This document shows positions 1-11,610 of a stretch of DNA of 64,000 nt, piece by piece; positions within the stretch are counted from its first letter, which is position 1; the number at the start of each line of letters is the position of its first letter. The notes under the pieces were generated by a model, which was not told where the DNA came from, ran no database searches, and worked only from the letters and a program-made list of their open reading frames with translations. Location: the NCBI GenBank assembly GCA_020184695.1, contig JAANOX010000046.1:1-64000 (forward strand), written 5' to 3'. The DNA is from Histomonas meleagridis 2922-C6/04-290x. Its lineage: Eukaryota; Protista; Parabasalia. The position numbers were made by a program, and so were the translations under genes.

Positions 1-496
1 GGGAAAAACGCATTATAGTAAGAAGGATCGCTCGGCGAGCAGAACCATATTAGTTCCGACGATTATTGGAAGATCTTGGAACATAACAGATCATTTCTCC
101 GAGAAATGCACCAAAATTTAAAACGAAGGAAACTACAAGACTTAAGGCTAGGAGCAAAGCACAGTAATATATATTTTGGAGGAGAAATAACATTTTTTAA
201 GTCCTGCCATCGATGGCTTGATCAGATGCCGAAGAAAGTTCCACGGTGCAAGAAACAAGTAGCACAGTCCAGAACCCTATAGGGAAGACGTAAACCCAGA
301 TTAAAACCCATAAGTAGAAATCAGATCTCGATCAGATCAAGTACAGATTTATCAAACACCCCATAACCAACACCAGTGCCACAACTCGGATCAATTAATA
401 CAAGACAACCGATGAGAATTGTTAATGAGCAAGAATTTTTTGCGGATTACGAAGAAACAAACACAGAAGCAGAAGAAATAGACAAGATATTTTAAC
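1..496 (+). pseudogene. Hypothetical element protein, C-terminal part, interrupted by in-frame stops
   Basis: Frame 1 reads as continuous protein-like sequence (...DDYWKILEHNRSFLREMHQ...FFADYEETNTEAEEIDKIF*) with TAG/TAA at 16-21, 280 and 361 and no frameshift. Confidence 0.5.
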
Positions 497-686
497 CCAC
501 AACGATAGAAAAGGCGACAATAATATTCTATGAACAAAATTCTTAGTAATTCCAAAAATAAACTCTATGTATATCAGTTAATGCACGAAAATTCGGTATT
601 TTTGGGATTTCATCGTAACGTTTTGCAAAAATGTTGTTTGTATATTTCAATGCACGATGAGAATTTTTAGGTAGGTATATAATGCG

Positions 687-760
687 GTCGGGACTGATTC
701 CGAGGACCCCAAAAGGGTCCCGGCCGGGATTCTTTTGGGGTCCTCGGAATCAGTCCCGAC
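687..760. repeat. 74-bp GC-rich near-perfect palindrome (hairpin/cruciform)
   Basis: Arm 687-715 GTCGGGACTGATTCCGAGGACCCCAAAAG is the exact reverse complement of 732-760. The inner 718-729 TCCCGGCCGGGA is itself palindromic. Only two G/T mismatches (716/731, 717/730). Confidence 0.97.
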
Positions 761-1158
761 AATTTCTTTTAACCGAGGGGGCATCCGGGCTCTTCAGCAT
801 CCTGTATCCCCTTCGTACCCCTCCGGAGGCCTCAGACCCCTCCAATCCCCCGAGTGTGCTCGCTCCGCTCGCTACAGAAATCAATATCATTTTTTGATTT
901 TTGTGAGCCATACAATTCGTCTGTAAATTTGAATGAGCATTCGATTATGAGAGAACGCGAAACTTTTTGATAGGAACGATAGCACTTTTAATGCCACTTT
1001 TCACATAAACCTATCAAAAACCTCGTATAATCAACACGAATTGTCCCCGGTTATGTTTGGTCGGACATTTATCCTATTCAATTTATTTTTGGTCGGAGGT
1101 TAGTAGTCAAAAAGCGACGGTTATTGTTTGGTCACATGGCAAACTTTATTTATCATAA

Positions 1159-1500
1159 ATGCTTAAACCTGTAACTAAAACGTATTTTTGTACTTCGCAA
1201 AAAGAAAACCGTTTTCCGCCTGAATTTGTGGATTCTCGAAATCCTAGATATATAGTAGTACAACAATGTAAGTGTAAATTTAAGGATTATTTAGTATCTG
1301 ATGTTTCAATGCATGCATATTTTATTGAACGTGACCATTATGAAGATTATTTTTGTATTTATACAAATGAAAACAGGACTAAATATAAGAAATATGAATA
1401 TAAAAGTAGAAAACCAAATTTTAAAATATGGTTTAAAGAAATGAATGGTAAAGAAATTGAACCAGAATATTTTATGTTAGAATTATTATTAATTTATTAA
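1159..1500 (+). CDS. Hypothetical 113-aa element-associated protein
   Basis: Intact ORF with an ATG start inside the element gene cluster; function not recognised. Confidence 0.6.
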   Translation: MLKPVTKTYFCTSQKENRFPPEFVDSRNPRYIVVQQCKCKFKDYLVSDVSMHAYFIERDHYEDYFCIYTNENRTKYKKYEYKSRKPNFKIWFKEMNGKEIEPEYFMLELLLIY

Positions 1501-1520
1501 ATAAAAATCATTTTTTAACA

Positions 1521-3494
1521 ATGTTTACTATTGAATATGCTATGAAAGGTATAGAAACTAATGTTGTTGAAGCTTCTGAAATTATTGACCAAGATGACTT
1601 ACAAAAAGTTTTAGAAAATTATTCTACAAATGATCAAATAACAGATAAACTTAATACTATAACTTCGATTACAATTTCACAATTATATTATAATAAATCA
1701 CAATCAGATGAAAAATATTCTACAATAACTCATACTCATAATACAATAAATTATGATTTAACAGTAAATGGGAATGTACAAGTTACTTCATTAAATGGTT
1801 TTCAATTGGCAACTTCAGAAGGTGGTAAATGGGATACAAAATTATATGTACCATCTATTATTACATTAAAAGAAGATGGTGTTGTTGAAGTTGGTCAATA
1901 TATTGATATGCATAATAATGCAGATTATGATAAAGATAATACATGGAGAATAACTGCTAATACTAATTCATTAGATTTTAAATCAAAAACTGGAACATTA
2001 TTAAGTTTTGGAAGTAATGGTAATATTAAATGTGCAACTATTAATAATGTAGATATAACTAAAATATCTTCAAATGATCATAATCATGATGAGATTTATG
2101 CTAAAAAAGATCATGAACATGTAAACTATGCTTCATCAGATCATACTCATAGTTATAATGAATTAAATGATAAACCACAGTCATTTCCACCTTCAGATCA
2201 TACTCATAGTTATAATGATTTAATCCATAAACCTGAAACATTTCCACCTTCAGAACATACACATAGTTATAATGATTTAACTAATAAACCTGAAAAATTT
2301 CCACCCTCAGAACATACACATACTAAGTATGCTTCAAAAGATCATAACCATGATACAAAATATGCTGCAACAAATCATACACATAGTTATAATGATTTAA
2401 CAGATATTCCTACAGGTTCAAATACAGAAGATATCCATTGTTCAACAATTAATGGTTTTGCTTTAAATTCAGGACCTTCAGATTCAAATTTAAATATTAG
2501 TGTTCCTTCAATTGCAGTTATTAAAAACGATGGTGTTTTAGAAACAGGTCCTTATATAGATATGCATACTAGTGATGGATATGAAAATGATTATAGTTTT
2601 ATAATGAAATGTAAAGGGAATGTTATGGAATTAAACCAACACTAAAAGGTTGCGATGGTTTTTATTACTCAGCATCTTATGATGCATTAGGTTGTAATAA
2701 CTTAAATTGCTCTAAAATTATGTACTCTGTAAATATTAATGGTATTGTAAATACAGGAAATATATAATCTGCTACTTCAATCCACTAGTTTAGAATCTAC
2801 TAAATTAACTTTATTTCACAGTATAATTGAAGAATCAGGTAATACATATCAATTATTAGTAAAAATTTATGGATCTACACATACTGAAGATAAAAAATAT
2901 GGAAGATTATATTTTGAATCTGTAACACAAAAGAAACAAAATGATGGTACTTTTCTAGATATATTTAGTACAATATATCATATCGCGACTACATTTAATA
3001 CATTTGAAGGAACTGGAGGTATTGTACAAATAAATACAACTATTATTCATAATGCTACTGTTTCAGAAGACTTATAACAATTTCAAATTGGTTCATATGT
3101 ATTTTTAACAGGTAATGTTTATGCTTTAACCAATGAAGGTAAATATGTTACAAATACTTCATCAACTGATTGTATTTTATCAGTTAAAACATCAGGTACA
3201 TATAAAGAATATTTAGGTATATGTGTAGCTAAACATGAAACTGGTTATAAAGCTTCAATAGGTAATGTTATTAAAAAAGAAGTAGAAATTTTACAAGATA
3301 CTATTGATTTTGCTACACATGGAGATTTTTATTTTAGAGTAAATAATATCGCAGATTATGAAATTGGTGATGTAGTATTATTTGATGGTAATAAATTATC
3401 AGATGATTTAGTAATAACTACTAAAATATTAAATTCAATAGTTGGTGAAGTAACAGGTAAAATAGATGAACATTTATTAAGTATATTTAAATAA
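1521..3494 (+). pseudogene. Phage tail-fibre-like protein; 374-aa ORF (1521-2645) plus disrupted C-terminal part
   Basis: Two copies of a VPSI..(L/I)K.DGV.E.G.YIDMH module and 57-nt (19-aa) HTHSYNDL..KP..FPPS repeats from 2139, as seen in phage fibre proteins. After frameshifts near 2645-2790, a frame continues to TAA 3492 with one internal TAA at 3075 (IGSYVFLTG...DFATHGDF...). TCATTTT initiator-like motif at 1508. Confidence 0.6.
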
Positions 3495-3534
3495 TAAAAA
3501 AAAATATTTTAATTCATTTTTATTTTTTTTTTAA

Positions 3535-3840
3535 ATGGAAGAACGTGAACCAAAAAAAGAACCTATCATCAATAAATCTTCATTAGATGAAGTACGACGA
3601 TTAGCTCTACTCGATGATAAAGGACCTGAGAAAGGGCCTTCTTTTTACGAATTTTTAATGCAAAATTTAAGAGTGATTTTTCGTATTCTGAAATTTGATT
3701 TATCATTATATAATTTTTTAAAACTAATGGATGAAGCAACAAAATCTGTTAGAAATGGGGTTCCAATAACACCAACATATAAAATTCAATTTAAGTTAAT
3801 GATAGAATATTATCAAATCATTATTAATAGTTTTATTTGA
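3535..3840 (+). CDS. Hypothetical 101-aa element ORF (possibly the integrase N-terminus)
   Basis: ATG preceded by a TCATTTT motif; abuts the integrase-like frames. Confidence 0.4.
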   Translation: MEEREPKKEPIINKSSLDEVRRLALLDDKGPEKGPSFYEFLMQNLRVIFRILKFDLSLYNFLKLMDEATKSVRNGVPITPTYKIQFKLMIEYYQIIINSFI

Positions 3841-4593
3841 AAATTTTTTAGAAAAAACTCAAATTAATACAAAATTAGATTTTGATGAATTTAAAAAATG
3901 AATTAATGATATTATTAAAAAATATAATATAGATTATATTGATGGAAATATAGGTTTATATACATAAATGGTACAGGTTTATTTAATCCTAAAATTATTC
4001 ATTGTGATTTAAAAACAACATTTTTATCAAAACCTTTACAATATATTTCAAATTATTTAATTGGTACTAAAATAATTCCTGTTAAAAAAATAATAATAAA
4101 AAATAAATCTTATCCTATACATTCATCTTTAGCTATAATTAATAGAATTTGTAGAACTATTAAAGATATGGCTGATAATATGGGTTTAGAGTATATTCAA
4201 CCTCATGATATGAATAAAATTATACATAATTATAATTATACTTATCATAAAACATTATCTAAATTAAATCATAAAAAAATATCACCATATGAAGCTAAAA
4301 TAAAACAAAAATCTTTTGGTTTATCTTTACATAAATTAGATCATAAAATTATGAAACAAAAAAGATTTTATTTACCTCCTGGTACAACAGTAACAGTTTA
4401 TAACACAGATCAATTAAAAAAAAGATCAAAAATATTACCAGATATTTATATAGTGAATAATTTTGATAAAGGTAAATTTAATATTCGTATTGATAAAGAT
4501 ATAAAAATTTCAGTACCGAGATATTTATCAAATCCAGTTCCAAATGCAATTATTATACCTTCAAAAGAAAAAGATCCAATGATGTTTTATTAA
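3839..4593 (+). pseudogene. Retroviral-type (rve) integrase pseudogene
   Basis: The frame upstream of ORF 4168 reads PKIIHCDLKTTFLSK (second-Asp region), then HSSLAIINRICRTIKD (Glu-helix region, Asn at the acidic position), then YNYTYHKTL...SPYEA and an SH3-like tail (LPPGTTVTVY...KKR...VPRY). TGA at 3899 and a frameshift near 3945-3965. Confidence 0.6.
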
Positions 4594-4704
4594 TAAATAA
4601 ATACTTTTTCTAATGAGATATGAAATTCATCCATTAATGTGTTATATTCTTTATTATATTGTGAACTAAAATTATAACCATTAATTTTAATTGAATTAAT
4701 TGTT

Positions 4705-4869
4705 TCAATTGGATTTACATGCTTTAAAACAACCAGGTTCAGGATCTTTATAACTTAATCTAACTTGATTAAAATCGATTTTTAGAATTAAATATATAGC
4801 TTGTACTAAATCATTAGCATTAATTATAATTTTACCACTATTATCAATTAAATTTGCTATTAATTTCAT
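4705..4869 (-). pseudogene. Small element-associated hypothetical protein (MKLIANLIDNSGKIII...), probably frameshifted at the 3' end
   Basis: ATG at 4869 within ORF 4705-4980; coding-like sequence continues in another frame to about 4600. Confidence 0.4.
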
Positions 4870-5658
4870 ATTATTTGTTTTTAATATCGCACTAAATGTT
4901 AAAGCTATATGTCTATATAAAGCACTAGCATTATCAGTATGTTTATTTTGTACGTTAAAACAAAGATGAAAATTTTGCACTTTGAACAGGCAACCGAATT
5001 AACGGTCATTGAGATATAAAAATTATATATAATGGTATCATTAGGAAATTCAAGACTTTTATCTTCAACTAAATATTCTACCATTAGAAGAAATGTTGAA
5101 TCATCCCGATTAACTTAGTAAATTTTTCTTGTATCTCTTTATAATTTTAAACGGCTTCACCATCCGACCAGATAGACTCAAATAATAATATTGAAAAACG
5201 TTACGATAAGATTTTAATAATTTCAAGATATTTGAGTTAATGAATCATATAGACAATGGATATATGATATCAAGGAATTTTGTCTAGCCGTTTTTTAGAA
5301 ATTATCGATTATCTGATTATTCCAACTTTTAGAATGTTGTAACACATAAACCATTTAATATATCGAATGTTGTAAAAAATAAATTATTTAATAAAAAAGG
5401 TGTTCTTAATCAATATATGTATGTTAATATGAGATAATATTACAATTTATATGATTCAAGACAATATTTTACAAAATATTGTATTTTAAATGATGGCATG
5501 TTCTTTATTTGAGCCAATATTCAAAAAATAAATTTTGGCGGTTTTTCAAACGGCTTTGTCGCCCCTTTTACAACGATCACTAATGATAATAAACCACATG
5601 AAAAATGAAATCAGATTTTACATTTTAGTATCTACCAGAGAGATTACAAGAAAATATA

Positions 5659-6371
5659 CAGCTGTTTGCTTTTTGTTTGGCTCGCTTTACAAAAGTAAAT
5701 ATCCGAAAAGTGACACATCTACAAAATAGATCACCTGCTCAACAAAAATATTGTCTTGCTTTGGAAAAGTAAATGTCTGGAATTGAGAAGTTTACATATG
5801 TATTACAAAAAAAATGTCTATCAAAAAGATTCTCTTGCTTCACAAAAGTAATTGGCAAAAAAGTGACGCTTGTAAAAAAAAGTGTCTCGCTACACAAAAG
5901 TAAATATCCAAAAATTGAATAAAAAAAATTTGACACAACACTTAATTTGAATTATTTGTGCCTTAATTATTTTTTTGCCTCATAGGGGTACAGGTGTGAT
6001 AAGCACCAAATTAAATTTACTTTTTCTCTCCATATATTTTAGCAAAAACATTTTAAATTCATAAGACATATCTACGATGATATAGAGATTATTTCGAGCA
6101 TTGATTTTTTCTAAAAAATTAAAAATCAAATAATTATACATTTTTTTGATAATTTTGATTTTTTGATACCTTTCGATGAACATAGATTTTATAATTAATG
6201 TTTAATAATTTGTATATAATTTAAGTTTTTTTTATTGAGTATTCATTATGAAAATGCACTATTTAAGACCATTCATTATGAAAAATAAACAATTCAAAAA
6301 TGCAGATATTTACTTTTATTAAGCGAGACATTTACTTTCGTGAAGCAAGCCAAACAAAAAGCAAACAGCTG
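5659..6371. mobile_element. Non-autonomous Tc1/mariner/pogo-type element (MITE), 713 bp
   Basis: 42-bp TIRs at 5659-5700 and 6330-6371 (3 mismatches), starting CAGCTG. Flanked by TA at 5657-5658 and 6372-6373. Internal repeats of a CTYGCT..ACAAAAGTAAAT motif. Confidence 0.9.
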
Positions 6372-6746
6372 TACACAAAGAACAATTATTTTGTCCTTGG
6401 TCTCCATTTTGTACATGGCAAAGGGACAATGATGAAGACTTTTCAATACATTCTAACAAATTTCATAAAGACATAAGAATTATAAAAGTACCATATATGA
6501 GGTTTAGGAACATAGATATTGTCAGTTTACTTCATATTAAATACGACGAGATAGACAAAAGCGGAGAACCAGTTATAATTTATGATAGTATTTGTCCGTT
6601 TTGGTAAGATTAAATTAAATGATTCTGATGAATACGGATTACACTTAACAAATCATATTAACTAACTCGAATATATATTACAGTCATTAATTAAAAAAAT
6701 GTTGTTTTCTATATGGTTTCTTATATATGGTTATAAAATTGCTATG

Positions 6747-6844
6747 ACTACACATCCCCATTGGGCATGACTAGGCTCACCTTATTCTCCTCCAAAAATT
6801 ATAACAAATGGCATTTATTCTATGTTAAAATTGAGTGAAATCAT
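6747..6844 (+). repeat. Dispersed repeat, copy A (related to 61602-61695 on the minus strand)
   Basis: ACTACACATCCCCATTGG...GACTAGGC...TATTCTCCTC...CAAATGGCAT...TATGTTAAAATTGAG...AAATCAT aligns by eye to the reverse complement of 61602-61695. Confidence 0.8.
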
Positions 6845-7091
6845 CTTTTTTAGAGGTCGCGTCCGTTTTTAAATTCCTGGACGTTAAAAAGTTCTCGATT
6901 TGTCTGAAATTTATTGCTCGGGAATTTTTCATTTCGAGTCTATTTCATTATAAACTGGAGAAAATAATTCGGCATTACGATAGATTGAAAAATGATTAAA
7001 AGATATGTAAACTTCTCAAAATTGACAACTGGATTATTGTCGATTTGGTTTCAAAAATTTCATTTTCATTCAATTTCCATTAATAAATTTA

Positions 7092-7230
7092 TTAATTTTT
7101 TCCCAATATTTCTGACTGCTTCTTTATTACACATGTGTACCACCTATTTTTGCATGAAATTGGATCTCTTTCGTTTATATGTTGGGAAATCAATTTCCAT
7201 TGATGTCCAATTTTTGTTACCAATTCATGA
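7092..7230 (-). pseudogene. Myb-repeat fragment
   Basis: The minus strand encodes ELVTKIGHQWKLISQHINERDPISCKNRWYT, the second half of a Myb repeat (W...I...R....CKNRW); the N-terminal part is missing. Confidence 0.7.
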
Positions 7231-7468
7231 TGCATCTTGAAGTGTTTTATTTTTTATATATTCTCTTATTTGATTATTAATTACTTGAGGCCTTCCACGT
7301 TTTAATTCTTTTGATTTCATTTGTTGAGGTAAACTGTCGAATTGTATTATCAACTCGATGAGTTCCAACATGTAGTATCCCTGCTATTTGTTTTTGACTG
7401 AATCCTTGTTTGTAAAGGTTGATTATGTTCTCGGCATTGTTCAATATTTCCCTAATAATAAACGGTCT
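7231..7468 (-). pseudogene. Tc1/mariner transposase N-terminal HTH fragment
   Basis: IINLYKQGFSQKQIAGILHVGTHRVDNTIRQF, then after a frameshift KRGRPQVINNQIREYI: a paired-like HTH plus GRP motif. Confidence 0.6.
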
Positions 7469-8628
7469 CTATTCAAAAAATTAATAGAGTGTCCTCAATG
7501 CCGATTTATTTTCACAAGTTTACATAGTGATTTAAAAAAATTGAAAAAATTTTTCCATATCCTTATATAAAGAACTATTAAATGGTGTGTATGAAATTCT
7601 TTATTCCAGAAAATAGCGCAAAAAAGAGCGGATATTTTATTGATTTTACACAATAATCACTAAAATCAACTAATAAAAAAAATACATCTATAGTTATAAA
7701 ACTAATGAACATTGTATCAAATTAAAGAATAAATATGAATTTTATTAATTTTAACATATAAATACATCTTTTTAAATGTGTATCAAAATAATCAAAAAAT
7801 TAGAAAATACTATATAAATATCATTGATACTTCAAAATATCCAATGAAATTTAATCAACATTCTATATTTTTAAAAATCAATGTCATCACGTTTAAATAT
7901 CAAATATGAATTAATGTGGAAATTGTTTTATTTTTTATAATTTTTCCTTGGTGGTTCCTAAAATTCAAAATCGACGATTAGTTAATAATAGACATGACAA
8001 AAAAATATTTTTAAATAAAAAATAATTAAATTTAGTGTTTTTATTTATATAAAAAATACTGTTGTATCGATTCTATATAAAGAGATGCTACGGTTGGGGT
8101 GGAACACCCTATTCCCAATTTTTGTTGCTTCATAATTTATATCTCCATTAATTTTCATACCTTGCTCAAGTGAGAATGAAAATATTTTATAATTATGACA
8201 TAAAATACAATAAATTCCTAAATCCTTATTAAATTTTTAAAACTCGTAATTTTTTCTATTTCTTCGAGGAAGCAAAATTTGTTTCCTTTCATCTGTTTAA
8301 GCCAAAACTTATATTCAAAGGATCTGCAAGAATGCGCTTTGAATTGTTTGCTTATCTTTGCTCCACAAACAGAAAGAAATTTTAAAATAAATTCAGGTAA
8401 AGAAGTTAAAGAACTTCAGTTTCGATCAGTTACTATTTGAATAAGTGGAGTTTTATAGAACTAATTATCTATAAATGGAATTGAAAATGCCAAATTAAAT
8501 CCGATTATGTTGAGAAATATTTTACGGAATTCAAATGGATAAAGATACACTATTTGTTAAAAACAGTGATGAAATACCGCTAAGTTAAAGTGATCTCTAT
8601 GTAATAACATCATTGGAAATAATCATTT

Positions 8629-10317
8629 TTACACAAAATCTGGATTCAATTTAAATGAGGATGTTTTATCCTCATTAATTCTTAGGACAAACTTATGGAA
8701 TTTCATCAAGTTTAGATGGTGCGCAATCGATATATATGTAATTTTGTTGTCTCTCATCCATTGATAAAATTTCAATTCTAATTCTTGGGGAATTGCACTT
8801 GTTCCCTCATCGATCAGCAAGAACTCTGGCTTATGTATCATTATCCTGCAAAGAGCAATTCTTTGTCTTTCACCAGGTGATAGTCCATTTTGCCAACTTT
8901 CATCTGGTCTCAAAAGCAAATGATCCAATTCGAAGAAACTAATAGCCTCGTGAACAGCTTCGCTACTAACTTCTGAAACGTCAATTGGGAAACAACAACA
9001 TTCAACAAGAGTTCCAACTGGAAGATATGGATACTGTGTAATTATCAGAAAAACGTCAGCACTTCTCTCGGGAAGTGTTATAGTTCCTCCACCTATTGGC
9101 CACACTTTACCAAGTGCTCTAAAGATTGATGATTTTCCGCATCCAGATGGGCCGACGATAAAAACCGACTCCGACTTTTTCACCGTAAAAGTTATGTGAC
9201 CAATTAACAATTCATTGTTTGGCTTTACAACGTCAACGTTCTCCATTTTAATTTCATCTCCTATCAAAGGCTCACAAACCATTGATTTATGGTCCTTAAG
9301 GACATTTATAAGACCAATGATCCGTGCAGAGTACCCACAAAGCTTGGAGAAGTTTTGCATAAATGTAGATATCATTATGAGACCAGAGACAAACTGAATC
9401 ATCACAAAAGAAACTGTTGAAACATATTTTGAGACTTCAGGTGGAGTTAAAGTTCGAGGAAAATTCATATAAACGGAAAGATATACAATTGCATTTCCAA
9501 CATAATTGACTGAATTAGTGAGCAAATTAAGAAGAACTGAATGGTTTGCAAGGCTTTTTTGGATAGAAAATGCAGCTTCGAGACGTTTTGTGATGAGATT
9601 ACGTTCACATTCTTGGCCCTTTGAAAGAGCAATGGATTCGGCATTTTGTTTAATGAGAGTATTTGCAAGACGGTAATCACCATTTGCTGCTTCGAATGTG
9701 TTGATTAATCTGATGATTGGTGTAATAACTAATCTTGACAAAATAATTACGAGAACTGAAAATCCAATGCAAATAAGGACGGACTTTATTCCTGACTCTA
9801 TATATGTTTGATATCCATAGTAAAAAATATAAAATGGCATTTTGACACAACCATCAACAATTTGAATTAAATTATCTGCCCAACAATAGCAATCGTTGGC
9901 AATTCTAGCATCTGGGTTATCGATTTCTGCATTGTATATTAATAATTCATAAAATGCATTTTCATGAAAGTATAAAGAATGAATTTTGTTAACAAGATTT
10001 TCTCTAAGAAGAATCGAAGTTCTATCTCCTACCCAAATTTGTAATGAAATTGATAAACACATTACAAGCATCCATATGAAATATTCAATTAAATTATTTT
10101 TTAAGCTTTTTGTGTTTTTTGAAGCTATAGCATAATTAAGCCTTGCTGGAAATAAACCAATTTTGTTTTCTACAAAAACTAATGATGTTGCAAATCCAAT
10201 AATGAATATTATAATTAAAAGAGTCCATTTGTTAAAAGCAACGCGCATTGCACTGAACGCATCTGTGACTTTGGTGCCCTTTAGTTTGTACAATTGAAGC
10301 TGAGATGCATCAAACAT
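8629..10317 (-). CDS. ABC half-transporter, ABCD-like
   Basis: N-terminal TM domain with DNPDARI; Walker A GPSGCGKSS, signature LSPGERQR, Walker B LIDE and H-loop. First ATG at 10317; the ORF track starts at an upstream TTG. Confidence 0.9.
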   Translation of the reverse strand: MFDASQLQLYKLKGTKVTDAFSAMRVAFNKWTLLIIIFIIGFATSLVFVENKIGLFPARLNYAIASKNTKSLKNNLIEYFIWMLVMCLSISLQIWVGDRTSILLRENLVNKIHSLYFHENAFYELLIYNAEIDNPDARIANDCYCWADNLIQIVDGCVKMPFYIFYYGYQTYIESGIKSVLICIGFSVLVIILSRLVITPIIRLINTFEAANGDYRLANTLIKQNAESIALSKGQECERNLITKRLEAAFSIQKSLANHSVLLNLLTNSVNYVGNAIVYLSVYMNFPRTLTPPEVSKYVSTVSFVMIQFVSGLIMISTFMQNFSKLCGYSARIIGLINVLKDHKSMVCEPLIGDEIKMENVDVVKPNNELLIGHITFTVKKSESVFIVGPSGCGKSSIFRALGKVWPIGGGTITLPERSADVFLIITQYPYLPVGTLVECCCFPIDVSEVSSEAVHEAISFFELDHLLLRPDESWQNGLSPGERQRIALCRIMIHKPEFLLIDEGTSAIPQELELKFYQWMRDNKITYISIAHHLNLMKFHKFVLRINEDKTSSFKLNPDFV

Positions 10318-10524
10318 TTGATGCGATAACAAGGTGTTCGCAAAAATTAAACGTTGATTTTATGAGGACAAGATAAATAAACGGTCGAGATTAGTACATT
10401 GTATGAATATTCATTTTTCTTTCTATGTTTCTCAACACTTGATATAAATTTATACTATACTTTAACCCAGATTTTAAGTGCATTTGTTTAAAATAAGTTT
10501 AAGATAAAAAATATTCAGTTTTTA

Positions 10525-10568
10525 AATTTTCAATTTTTCAATTTTTCAATTTTCAATTTTCAATTTCA
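10525..10568. repeat. (AATTTT[T]C)n microsatellite, about 6 copies
   Basis: Directly visible tandem 7-8-mers. Confidence 0.8.
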
Positions 10569-11610
10569 TAATTGATTTCTTTCATTTCCATCAAAAATTA
10601 ATTTCCTCTTTTTTCATAGAAGTAAACTTTCTCTCTTTCAACCAAGGGCAATCGTGCCATGTTGCCATTTTTCAAAATCGCCATATGGCAACGATCATTT
10701 TCATATCACAATTCACTTCAAAAACATAAAAGTGCTACTTAATAATGAATAAACTAAACAAGTTTTAATATTTTATCGTTCAGTTTGAACTTGGGTTGTT
10801 GCTATTCGAATAACAACGATCATTTTTATGTTCTGAAATATGGCAATGATAACTATCAAATATGGCAACAAACTCAGTGAAATACCTATCAGACCTATTC
10901 AAATAGTATACAACAAACTTAGTTAAATATTGAAGGGCCTAGGTCGGATGAAGAATGGAATTTGGTCTTAAATTTCAATAAATGAATTTAATATCTCTAC
11001 TCCCACAGTAGAAGGCTTTAAAAAATCAAAAGGAACATGGATTCGATGTTTTAGAAGGATAGTTCAATGAGGTCACTTTTATAAAACAATTTTTTGTTAT
11101 TACGATAATAACCGCTCCGATAAAGTTTTTAGTGGCCACTTTTTAAAAAGTGTATTTCCATTTTAACATTTATCAAAAAAAATTGATTAACTCTTATTTT
11201 ATTCAGTCATTGAACTAAATTTTATGTAAAATCTAAATTTATGCCTGCGTTGAAAGAGGACAGCTGACTTTAAAAAAGGAAAACTATTTTTCCACAATTG
11301 ATTATCAAATTCTCATTAACCACATTTTTTTGTAAAAAGTATGGCTCATTGTTCGAAACAATGTTGATTTTAATTTGTTAAATGTTATTTAATATTTTTT
11401 TTTAAAGAAGCATCCCTCAGGGTGATTTTCACCCGAGCTGCATTCAATTCACGAAAGTATGATGTTGCATTTAAAAAGTGAACACCACTTCATCAGGATT
11501 GAAAGGCTTGGCTGCTTCATTCCTCTGATTTTACTTTTTCTTATATCTGTTTTGAGGCCTTTTCAATATATTGAAAATTTTGAATGACGCCATTGGCACA
11601 CTGCTAAATA

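Larger units (their letters stand above)
1..4980. mobile_element. Degenerate Maverick/Polinton-like element (left boundary lies outside the window)
   Basis: Cluster of an rve-type integrase pseudogene (3839-4593), a fibre-like gene (1521-3494) and small hypothetical ORFs, with many in-frame stops and frameshifts. No TIR, polymerase, capsid or ATPase is visible in the window, so the class assignment is inferred. Confidence 0.6.

Noticed and set aside
858-873. GCTCGCTCCGCTCGCT resembling a parvoviral Rep-binding repeat
   Set aside because: The match is short and imperfect, and no HUH/Rep gene is visible.
1-4980. Alternative genetic code (TAA/TAG = Gln) in the element
   Set aside because: Neighbouring ORFs use CAA and end at TAA directly before the next gene's initiator motif; frameshifts and TGA stops also occur.
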